Positions 52,593-60,205 of a DNA stretch of 64,000 nucleotides are shown piece after piece (position 1 is the stretch's first letter; the number at the start of each line of letters is the position of its first letter). The stretch comes from Planctomycetota bacterium (GTDB lineage: Bacteria > Planctomycetota > SZUA-567 > JAKLDR01), in the NCBI GenBank assembly GCA_022703445.1, contig JAKLDR010000001.1:23884-87883 (forward strand). The letters are read 5' to 3'. The notes under the pieces were generated by a model, which did no database searches, had not been told where the DNA came from, and was given only the letters and a program-made list of their open reading frames with translations. The position numbers and the translations under genes were made by a program.

Positions 52593-53948
52593 ATGGTCCC
52601 CAAGCATTTCGCCATGGTCATGGTTTCGGTGTTGTCCTTTGGCACCGGAGCTCTCTGCGCCGCCGAGCCGGCCGCGGCTCCCGCCGACGTCAGGCTCCCC
52701 GGCATCTTCAGGGACAACATGGTCCTGCAGCGCGAGATGCCCGTGCCGGTCTGGGGCATGGCTGCTCCCGGCGGAGAGGTGACGGTCAGGATCGCCGGTC
52801 AGGAGGCCAAGGGCCAGGCCGACGCGAAAGGGAACTGGTCGGTGAAGCTCGCCGCCATGGACGCTGGCGGACCGCACGAGATGACGGTCTCCGGCAGGAA
52901 CACGCTGACTCTCAAGAACGTCATGGTTGGCGAGGTCTGGCTCTGCTCCGGACAGTCGAACATGGAGAAGCCCGCATACGCCGGGCACCCGATCCCCGAC
53001 GCCAAGCATCCCGATCTCCGGTTGCTCAATGGGCCGTGGGTCTCCTGGGTGGCCTGCGATCCGAACAGCGTGGCCCGTTTCTCGGGGGCGGCCTACTTCT
53101 TCGGCCGCGAGGTTCAGGAGAAGCTTAAGGTCCCAGTGGGGCTGATCCTCGGCGCGTCGGGCGGCACGCGGATCGAGCACTGGACGCCGGCGGTCGGGTA
53201 CGAGGGGCCCGCCGGGATCGGCAAGGCCAGGGCCGAGGACGGCGGCTGCTACAAGGAGCGGATCCGGCCCTTCGCCCCGTTCGCCATCCGGGGGGTCATC
53301 TGGTACCAGGGCGAGAGCAACTGCGACGGCGCCGATCATGATTTCTACACGAAGAGGATGGAGGCGCTGGTCGGCGGCTGGCGGAAAGTCTGGAAGCAGG
53401 GCGACTTCCCCTTCTACTTCGTGCAGCTCGCCCCATGGAAGTACGACTCCGCCAAGCCGCAGATGCTGCCGCTGATGTGGGAGGCCCAGACGAAGGCGCT
53501 GAAGATTCCCAACACCGGGATGGCGGTGATAACCGACATGGGCAATGCTGAGGATATCCATCTAGATGCCCGCGGTCAGTCCGTGGTCGGCCACCGCCTG
53601 GCCCTGCTGGCGCTGGCCAGGACTTACGGCCAGGACAAGCTGGTGTGCTCCGGGCCGGTCTACAAGTCTATGGCCGTTGAGGGCGGCAAGGTTCGCCTGA
53701 AGTTCGAGAGCGTCGGCGGCGGATTGGCTTCGCGCGACGGCAAGCCTCTCGACTGCTTCGAGATCGCTGGCGAGGACCGCAAGTTCGTCCCCGCCAAGGC
53801 GGAGATCGACGGAGAGGGCGTGGTCGTGTCCGCCGATGGCGTCACCGCCCCGGCCGCGGTGCGCTTCGGCTGGTCCAACACCGCCATGCCCAACCTGATC
53901 AACAAGGAGAAGCTGCCGGCGGCGCCGTTCCGCACGGACAGCTGGTGA
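52593..53948 (+). CDS. Secreted SASA-type sialate/carbohydrate 9-O-acetylesterase
   Basis: Signal ..GALCAAE|PAA. LPGIFRDNMVLQRE, GEVWLCSGQSNME, GVIWYQGESN and FPFYFVQLAPW are the textbook motifs of this family. Confidence 0.9.
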   Translation: MVPKHFAMVMVSVLSFGTGALCAAEPAAAPADVRLPGIFRDNMVLQREMPVPVWGMAAPGGEVTVRIAGQEAKGQADAKGNWSVKLAAMDAGGPHEMTVSGRNTLTLKNVMVGEVWLCSGQSNMEKPAYAGHPIPDAKHPDLRLLNGPWVSWVACDPNSVARFSGAAYFFGREVQEKLKVPVGLILGASGGTRIEHWTPAVGYEGPAGIGKARAEDGGCYKERIRPFAPFAIRGVIWYQGESNCDGADHDFYTKRMEALVGGWRKVWKQGDFPFYFVQLAPWKYDSAKPQMLPLMWEAQTKALKIPNTGMAVITDMGNAEDIHLDARGQSVVGHRLALLALARTYGQDKLVCSGPVYKSMAVEGGKVRLKFESVGGGLASRDGKPLDCFEIAGEDRKFVPAKAEIDGEGVVVSADGVTAPAAVRFGWSNTAMPNLINKEKLPAAPFRTDSW

Positions 53949-53976
53949 AGCCCCGGCCAGGAAGGAGAAGGAGCCC

Positions 53977-54891
53977 ATGCCCAGGACCGTGAAGCTGACC
54001 CGTTACGACGGCAACCCCATCCTCCGGCCGATCCCGGAGCACACCTTCGAGGCCCAGAACGTCTCGAACGCCGCGGCCATAGTCCACGACGGCCGGGTGC
54101 ATCTGCTCTACCGATCGGAGGGCTTCGAGAACCGCTGGCCGAACACCAAGACCTGGCCGAAGACCTACCTGGGCCTGGCCACGTCGAGGGACGGCCTGCA
54201 CATCGACGAGCGCCTGGACCGCCCAGTGATCGGCCCGGAGCCGGCCGGCGAGTACGGCTGCTGGGGCATCCAGGACCCGCGCCTCGTGAAGATCGGCGAC
54301 ACCTTCTACGCCACGACCGCCGGCGTCTCGCCCTGGGGCGACCGGGTGATCCTCTACACCTCGAAGGACCTGCGCTCGTGGGAGAAGCGCGCGCTGATCA
54401 AGCCCGAACACGAGATGCGCACCGCCGGGATGTTCCCTGAGAAGTTCGGCGACGACTACTGCTTCCTGCTCCGGCCCGATCCCAACATGTGGATCGGTTA
54501 CACCCCGGACTTCGTCCACTGGCGCGGCTACAAGCTGATGTTCGAGGTCAAGCGCGGCTCGTGGTACGGCCGGAAGCTGGGTCTGGGCGCGCCGCCCATC
54601 CGCCAGGACGACGCCTGGCTGCTCTTCTGGCACGGCAAGGCCGACACCCAGGACGGCACCTATTCGCTCGGAGTCATGTGGCTGGACCTCGAGGACCCGG
54701 GCCGCATCATTCGGGTCCAGGAAGAGCCCATCCTCCGCGCCGAGCTCGAGTGGGAGCGGGTCGGCTACTACCCGAACGTTGCCTACACCTGCGGCGCGGT
54801 GCAGCTCGGCGACCAGTACCTCGTCTACTACGGGGCGGCCGACCGGGTCCTGGCCGTGGCCAAGGTCCCGGTCGCCGACTGCCGGCTGTGA
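53977..54891 (+). CDS. GH130-family beta-mannoside phosphorylase/hydrolase (cytoplasmic)
   Basis: LTRYDGNPILRP..FEAQNVSNAAAIVHDGRVHLLYRSEG...YLGLATSRDGLHIDE..PVIGPE...GIQDPRLVKIGDTFY...YYGAADRVLAVA matches the five-bladed GH130/DUF377 pattern. Confidence 0.85.
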   Translation: MPRTVKLTRYDGNPILRPIPEHTFEAQNVSNAAAIVHDGRVHLLYRSEGFENRWPNTKTWPKTYLGLATSRDGLHIDERLDRPVIGPEPAGEYGCWGIQDPRLVKIGDTFYATTAGVSPWGDRVILYTSKDLRSWEKRALIKPEHEMRTAGMFPEKFGDDYCFLLRPDPNMWIGYTPDFVHWRGYKLMFEVKRGSWYGRKLGLGAPPIRQDDAWLLFWHGKADTQDGTYSLGVMWLDLEDPGRIIRVQEEPILRAELEWERVGYYPNVAYTCGAVQLGDQYLVYYGAADRVLAVAKVPVADCRL

Positions 54892-54923
54892 GTGGGCCAG
54901 TCAGAGGAGAACAAGGAGAGAGC

Positions 54924-56138
54924 ATGTACGACCTGAAGCTGTCCGCATCCGAGAAGGCCGAGTACCTGGAGGCCGCGCGACTGGCCGGCTACTGGCTGGT
55001 CAACACCCAGAACACGCCGGCGCGGCCCTGGGGCCCGTACTACGTGGAGGACAGCGCCGACGCCGGCCGCTTCCTGGAGAAGACCTGCCCCTCGCGCGAC
55101 TACCGCAAGCCGGCCGGGGTGTGGCTGACCGGCCTCTACCTCTGCAGCCTGGCCGAGCTGCCGGAGGCGCCGGTGCTCGACAAGGGCCTCTACCAGAACG
55201 CCCTGAAGCTCGGCGCGAAGTACCTGAAGAGCCTGCAGTGCTTCGACGCCCGCTGGCCGAAGGCGGTCGGCGGATTCCACGAGGTCTACCCGGGGCACGA
55301 GTACTCCGCGCCGCGCGACGCGGCCACCGGGGCCTACGCCCTGCTAGCACTTTACCTCGAGACCGGCGAGAAGGACTGCCTGGATCGGACCCTCCGTTTC
55401 GCCGAGTGGTACTCGACCCACGGCTCCGACCGCGACGGGTTCCCCTGGGACGACTTCGATCTCCCGAGCGGCAAGGGCACCAGCCGGAAGCGCGGCGACT
55501 GGCAGGCCGGCGGCGCGCTCCTCTACTACCAGCTCTGGATGGTCACCGGCGACGCGCGCTGGAAGAAGGCCCTCAGGCGCGTTCTCGATGTGCTCGTGAA
55601 GATCTGTGCCGGTGGGCCGAAGGGCGACACCGCCTATACCTTCCACGGCGACTGCACCATCTCGGTGGGCAACGACGACTTCGCCAACACCGTGCTCCTG
55701 GCCGGCCACGAGGTCTTCGGGGAGCAGCGCTACCTGGAGCTCTTCGCCTCGCGGGTCCGCACCGAGCTCGAGCGCCAGGACGAGCGCGGTGCCTTCCCGG
55801 GCTACGGCGGGACCTTCGTGACCGCGCTCGAGCTCCTCGAGGCCCTGGACTACTCCGCCGCCAAGGGCGTCGAGATCATGCCCGAAGCGGAGCTTCTCGA
55901 GCCGCTCATGCGCGCGGCGCGCTTCAGCCTCTCGCTCCAGGAGAAGTCGAGCCCCGACCGCTGGATGCTCGGCGGGGTCTACGGCCAGAGCAACTACGCC
56001 CACGCCCGCGACGTGGTCCACGGCCGCGACTGCGGCTACGGCCTGCAGCTCTGGCTGCGCCTCGCCGGCCATCGGGCCTCGACCTACACGGTGCTGGGCT
56101 GGGAGCGGAGGGGCTCCGGGAGGAAGGGCCGGCCCTGA
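54924..56138 (+). CDS. Cytoplasmic hypothetical protein, probably all-alpha (alpha/alpha-barrel-like)
   Basis: ORF 54489..56138 trimmed to MYDLKLSASEKAEYLEAARLAGYWL after the GGAGAG site. The upstream part overlaps GH130 in another frame and is Arg-rich. Repeated helical W/Y-rich segments (GAYALLALYLETGEKDCLDRTLRFAEWY; GALLYYQLWMVTGDARWKKAL). The fold call is tentative. Confidence 0.7.
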   Translation: MYDLKLSASEKAEYLEAARLAGYWLVNTQNTPARPWGPYYVEDSADAGRFLEKTCPSRDYRKPAGVWLTGLYLCSLAELPEAPVLDKGLYQNALKLGAKYLKSLQCFDARWPKAVGGFHEVYPGHEYSAPRDAATGAYALLALYLETGEKDCLDRTLRFAEWYSTHGSDRDGFPWDDFDLPSGKGTSRKRGDWQAGGALLYYQLWMVTGDARWKKALRRVLDVLVKICAGGPKGDTAYTFHGDCTISVGNDDFANTVLLAGHEVFGEQRYLELFASRVRTELERQDERGAFPGYGGTFVTALELLEALDYSAAKGVEIMPEAELLEPLMRAARFSLSLQEKSSPDRWMLGGVYGQSNYAHARDVVHGRDCGYGLQLWLRLAGHRASTYTVLGWERRGSGRKGRP

Positions 56139-56205
56139 AGAAGGGGGGCTGGTGCAGCGGCGCCCAGCGCGTGGCTGGGTGCCAGCCTGCCGCAGCCGAG
56201 CGGCT

Positions 56206-57702
56206 CTACCGGCTGGCCGTCGTTTCTCCGCTGGGCACGCAGGCCGCATCATCCGGCGGGGGGGCCACGGCGCGCTTTGCGGCCGGTGTGCGTTCCGCGA
56301 ACCTGCGCTGGAAGTCCGCGTAGGCCCGGCAGTCCCGGCGGAAGTTGCTCCGGTACGACAGGTTGCCGATCAGGCTGATCAGCGGCGCGTGCAGCCGCCA
56401 CAGGCTGCTCCAGGTCCGGTGCAGGATGCGCGGCAGGGCGTAGAAGCTCCGGTTGCAGGCGACCATCTCCCCGATGATGCCCTCCATCGAAAGGCGTTTG
56501 TAGCGGGCCACCGGGAAGGTCAGCGTGTAGTAGTTCCAGTCCTCCGGGAACCGGTCGAGGGCCAGGCGATCTTCGGAGCGCATCTGCTCCCAGAGCCGGG
56601 TGCCGGGCAGGGGCGTCAGGAAGAGGGTGTTGAGGTTGTCCACCCCGTAGCTGCCGGCCACCTCGGCGATGCGCCGGCCGATGCCGGGCTCGTCCACGTC
56701 CAGGCCGATGATGAAGGACCCCACCACCATGATGTTGTGCCGCTGGATGCGCCGCACCGAGGCGCGGAAGTCCCGGTTCTTGATGATGTTGAACTTCTTG
56801 CCGATCTCGCGGAGCCCCTCCACCGAGGGGGACTCGAAGCCGATGAAGATGCCCCGGCAGCCGGCGGCGGCGGCCAGGGCCATGAGCTCCTCGTCGTCGG
56901 CGAAGTTGATGGTGGCCTGGGCCACCCAGCGGTGGCGAGCCCCCGCCCGGGCCATGGCCCGGAACAGTTCCTTGGCGCGGGCGATGTGCGCCGGGCTCGT
57001 GCCGATGAGGTTGTCGTCGACCACCAGAACGTGTTTCTCGCGGATCGCCAGGAACTCCCGGACCACGTCGTCGACGGGCCGCTGCCGGTAGTGGGCGCCG
57101 TTGAAGGCCGTCACGCTGCAGAAGCTGCAGTTCAGCGGGCAGCCGCGCGTGGTCTGGATGGCGCCGAAGGCGTAGCCCCCGGTGGTCAGATCGTGACGGG
57201 CGGCGGGGACGGTTGCGATGTCGGCCAGGCCCCCCTTGTAGCGGCGCTGCAGACACCCATGTCGCGCGTCCTCCAGGACCCGCGGCCAGACTCCTTCGGC
57301 CTCCCCGGTGACCACCGCGTCGACGTGGGCGGAGACCTCGTCCAGGCACATGGTGGCGTGGATCCCTCCCATGACCACGGGCACGCCCATTCCCCGGAAG
57401 TGCGCGGCCACCTCGTAGGCCCGGTTGGCCTGCGAGGTGAAGGCGGTGATGCCCACCAGGTCCGGGCGGGGCAGGGCAGCGTAGTCCGGCAGGCCCAGGT
57501 TCTCGTCGAGGATGCGGACCTCCCACTCCGGCGGGGTCATCCCGGCCAGCACCATCAGGCTCAGCGGCTTCCACACCCGGTAGCGGTTCCAGCGGCTCTC
57601 CTTGACGTGGACCATGCTGACCAGCGGATTGGAGGGGTTGATCAGATAGAGCCTCCGGCCACCGGCGGGGGCGACGGAGCGTGCGGCCGGCTGGGCGCTC
57701 AC
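56206..57702 (-). CDS. B12-binding-domain radical SAM (class B) enzyme
   Basis: ORF 56206..58107 trimmed to the GTG at 57702, a GTGA overlap with the lpxD stop. The B12-like N-domain is LYLINPSN...DLVGITAFTSQANRAYEVAAHFRGMGVPVVMGGIH. The radical SAM motif is TTRGCPLNCSFCSV (CxxxCxxC). Confidence 0.85.
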   Translation of the reverse strand: MSAQPAARSVAPAGGRRLYLINPSNPLVSMVHVKESRWNRYRVWKPLSLMVLAGMTPPEWEVRILDENLGLPDYAALPRPDLVGITAFTSQANRAYEVAAHFRGMGVPVVMGGIHATMCLDEVSAHVDAVVTGEAEGVWPRVLEDARHGCLQRRYKGGLADIATVPAARHDLTTGGYAFGAIQTTRGCPLNCSFCSVTAFNGAHYRQRPVDDVVREFLAIREKHVLVVDDNLIGTSPAHIARAKELFRAMARAGARHRWVAQATINFADDEELMALAAAAGCRGIFIGFESPSVEGLREIGKKFNIIKNRDFRASVRRIQRHNIMVVGSFIIGLDVDEPGIGRRIAEVAGSYGVDNLNTLFLTPLPGTRLWEQMRSEDRLALDRFPEDWNYYTLTFPVARYKRLSMEGIIGEMVACNRSFYALPRILHRTWSSLWRLHAPLISLIGNLSYRSNFRRDCRAYADFQRRFAERTPAAKRAVAPPPDDAACVPSGETTASR

Positions 57703-58760
57703 GGCCGGACCCTTCCGGACTCCAGCCTTGCGACGCTCGCAGCCAGCTCGCGCAGCTCCTTGCGCATCTCCGGGAGCGTGGCCAGGGTCGCGTAGGCGCG
57801 CCGGGCCTGGCCGAGGGGCATGAGCGGCAGGCCCCAGTAGACTCCGGCCTTGTCGACGTCGCCGGATACTCCGCTTTGGGCGGCGACGATCACGTCCGGG
57901 GCGATCCGGAGGTGGCCGGCCACCCCCACCTGACCGGCCAGGACCGCGCGGTCGCCGACCGTGGAGCTGCCGGAGATCCCCATCTGCCCGACCAGGCGCA
58001 CATCCTCGCCGACCTGGACGTTGTGGGCCACCAGCACCAGGGCGTCGAGCTTGGTGCCGCGGCCGATCCGCGTGGGGCCGATCGCCCCGCGGTGGACCGT
58101 GCAGCACGGGCCTATCTCCACGTCGTCGCCGATCTCCACCCAGCCGAGCTGGGGGATCTTGACCAGCCGTTTGTCGGGACCGGGCGCGAAGCCGTAGCCG
58201 TCGTTGCCGATCACCGCGCAGGCGTGGATGCGCACCCGTTTGCCGATCTGGCAGCGCGGGTAGATCACCGCGTTGGGGAATATCTCCGCCTCGTCCCCGA
58301 TCCGGCAGTCGTCGCCGACGCAGACGCCAGGATGAAGCGTGACCTTCCGGCCGAGCATGGCTCGCGCGCCAACGTGCGCGCCCGGGTGGATCGAGCAGCC
58401 CGCGCCGATCACCGCGCTGTCCGCGACGTGCGCGCCGGGGGCGACCCCCATGACCGTCCGGGGAAAGAGGCCCTCGGCCACGACCGCGGCCGCCTGAGCG
58501 TAGGCCAGGTAGGGGTCTTCGGCCAGGATGGCGGTGAAGCCCGCACCCGGCGACTCCCGGCGGAGGATCACCGCGCCGGCACGGCTCCCGGCCAGGTGCC
58601 GCTCCCAGCGGGGGTCGGCCAGGAAGGACAGGTCCTCCGGCCCGGCCGCATCGAGCGACGCCACGCCCGTGATCCGGCGGGTCCCATCGCCGACGATCCT
58701 GCCCCCGCAGGCCGCGGCCAGTTCCGCCACGCTCCAGGATTTCTGCTGGTTGACGGTCAT
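57699..58760 (-). CDS. lpxD: UDP-3-O-acylglucosamine N-acyltransferase
   Basis: N-terminal WSVAELAAACGGRIVGDG...ITGVASLDAAGPEDLSFLADPRW..AGAVIL is followed by a long left-handed beta-helix hexapeptide region (IGAGCSIHPGAHVGARAMLG..VTLHPGVCVGDDCRIGDEAEIFPNAVI..). Confidence 0.9.
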   Translation of the reverse strand: MTVNQQKSWSVAELAAACGGRIVGDGTRRITGVASLDAAGPEDLSFLADPRWERHLAGSRAGAVILRRESPGAGFTAILAEDPYLAYAQAAAVVAEGLFPRTVMGVAPGAHVADSAVIGAGCSIHPGAHVGARAMLGRKVTLHPGVCVGDDCRIGDEAEIFPNAVIYPRCQIGKRVRIHACAVIGNDGYGFAPGPDKRLVKIPQLGWVEIGDDVEIGPCCTVHRGAIGPTRIGRGTKLDALVLVAHNVQVGEDVRLVGQMGISGSSTVGDRAVLAGQVGVAGHLRIAPDVIVAAQSGVSGDVDKAGVYWGLPLMPLGQARRAYATLATLPEMRKELRELAASVARLESGRVRP

Positions 58761-58904
58761 TCAGTATGCTCCTTGCGTCGGGTCCAAATGCACATGCCGC
58801 CGCGAATCGCCTCGCGGCCGGATGTCTGCCTGTAGTGCGTGGGAATCGGCGTCCAGGCTCTCAAATGCGGCCGGAGTACAGCCCGGGCGCGGGGTGGACG
58901 GCAA

Positions 58905-59204
58905 TCACGCCGGCCCCCAGCGGGCGGCCCGCAGCTTCCGAAGCCGGCCCATCAAGCCTTCCAGCCGGTCGGCGAGCCGGCTGCTGCCGATGGTGCGGAG
59001 CAGCGCCTCGGCCCGCGCCAGACGGAAGAGGGCCAACGCATAGTGCCCCTCCCCGCCCGCGTCACCGCCGCCGTTCTTGATGGCTCCGACCGGTCCGGCG
59101 GCCCGGAGCAGCCAGTTCTGCGCGCTCCGCTTGTCCGCGAGCAGCGCCGGGGCCATGCGCGTCTGTTCCACCAGGGCGATGATCTCCCAGAACTTCTCCT
59201 GCAC
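58905..59204 (-). CDS. Hypothetical helical protein (weak; possibly a degenerate four-helix-bundle type)
   Basis: ORF 58905..59300; the N-terminal 32 codons are Arg-rich and overlap the upstream gene, so I trimmed to GTG 59204 (VQEKFWEIIALVEQTR...). The resemblance of LLRAAGPVGAIKNGGG...ALALFRLARAEALL to the four-helix-bundle family is loose. The start and even the coding status are uncertain. Confidence 0.3.
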   Translation of the reverse strand: MQEKFWEIIALVEQTRMAPALLADKRSAQNWLLRAAGPVGAIKNGGGDAGGEGHYALALFRLARAEALLRTIGSSRLADRLEGLMGRLRKLRAARWGPA

Positions 59205-59235
59205 GCCGTCTGGGCGAGGGGGCCTCCGGCTCCTA

Positions 59236-59583
59236 TCAGCGGCCGCCAAGCGGCCTCCTTGCAGTCGCCTTCCCGCGCGGCGCGGCGCTCCGGCCGTCAC
59301 CGGGCGCGGGGGCGAACTGACGGTCGAGCGCCTCCCGGATGCCGGCTTCGACGCTGGCCCGGGTGGGAGTCACCTGGCCGACCAGCACGATGCTGATGTT
59401 CAGTTCGTTCCGGCGGGAGGAGATGCTGCCGCGCATGATCTTGCCGGACAGGGTGGTCAGGTTCTTCCCCGTCGTCATTTCCAGCTGGCAGCGGGAGCAG
59501 ATGGCGCTGGCCGCCGCGGCCACCTTGGTTGCGGCCTCCGCCGGGCTCGCCGAGTGGGGGTAGCTGAACCTAACCCAGTCCAT
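59236..59583 (-). CDS. Hypothetical protein (115 aa)
   Basis: ORF with normal composition and locally lower GC: MDWVRFSYPHSASPAEAATKVAAAASAICSRCQLEMTTGKNLTTLSGKIMRGSISSRRNELNISIVLVGQVTPTRASVEAGIREALDRQ.. AGGAG lies 10 nt upstream of the ATG. No family recognised. Confidence 0.55.
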   Translation of the reverse strand: MDWVRFSYPHSASPAEAATKVAAAASAICSRCQLEMTTGKNLTTLSGKIMRGSISSRRNELNISIVLVGQVTPTRASVEAGIREALDRQFAPAPGDGRSAAPRGKATARRPLGGR

Positions 59584-59778
59584 AGGCGCCTCGCTCCTGC
59601 CGGCAGGACGCGCAGCCGCGGGCCTCTGGCCGGCGGAGCTGGGCGACGATCGCGGGCGGTCTTCGGGACAGAGACTGGGTCATGAGACACACGCGGTTGC
59701 CGGACTGTGGCCGTTGCAGCCAACCGTCCCCGCGTGCGGCCAAGGCGGAGCCGTCATCAGCACGTGGCTGATACGGGG

Positions 59779-59807
59779 ATTGTACACCATCCGAACCTCC
59801 CCGTCAA
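59779..59807 (-). promoter_or_regulatory. Near-consensus sigma-70-type promoter (TTGACG-N17-TACAAT) reading toward 59583
   Basis: The minus strand reads tcTTGACGgggaggttcggatggtgTACAATcccc. The -35 element is at 59807..59802, the -10 element at 59784..59779, and the spacer is exactly 17 nt. This implies a ~190-nt leader before ATG 59583. Confidence 0.45.
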
Positions 59808-60205
59808 AGATACGGGACCGGCCAAGGCCCGCCGAAGGCCTCGGACGCCGTTCCGTGGTCGGCCATGGAAGACATCGCTGGCGTGCGGTCCGGGAACGGT
59901 GTGCGGTCCGCGCATCCCCGCCGGCCGGGGGTGGCTCTCGACGGGCCCGAAGCAGGACGACGCGTGGCCGGGTGTCCGGGGCGCTGCGCCGCGCCCCGGC
60001 TGTCTCGGCCAACCCCACGCAGAACTGTGAATTGGAGCACTAAGGCGGCGGGGGCCGCGGCCGGCGGCGCGAAACGGCACTGGCAGGCCCCTCGGGCCGG
60101 CGCTATAAGAGCCGGCGGCGGGTCCGGATCTGGCGCCCCTCGCCGCGGCGCTCCGGGATTTTCCGGTGCACCCGCCCCCGGATCCTGCGTTATCCAGGGC
60201 AGAGG

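Noticed and set aside
57703-58107. N-terminal 135 codons of ORF 56206..58107
   Set aside because: This part lies inside lpxD in another frame and is Arg/Gly/Pro-rich. The conserved B12-domain start (LYLINPSN) follows the GTG at 57702, which overlaps the lpxD stop.
58839-59396. 185-aa + strand ORF between lpxD and the 115-aa gene
   Set aside because: It has Arg-rich shadow composition and is antisense to the more plausible minus-strand ORFs, with no motifs.
59584-60205. Attempt to assign the ORF-poor region to a known ncRNA (RNase P RNA, tmRNA, SRP/6S, common riboswitch classes)
   Set aside because: I could not find the hallmark conserved strings on either strand, for example GGAAAGUCC for RNase P, a tmRNA tag frame with a CCA end, or the B12 box. 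No named ncRNA is called, and the region is kept only as an unclassified candidate leader.
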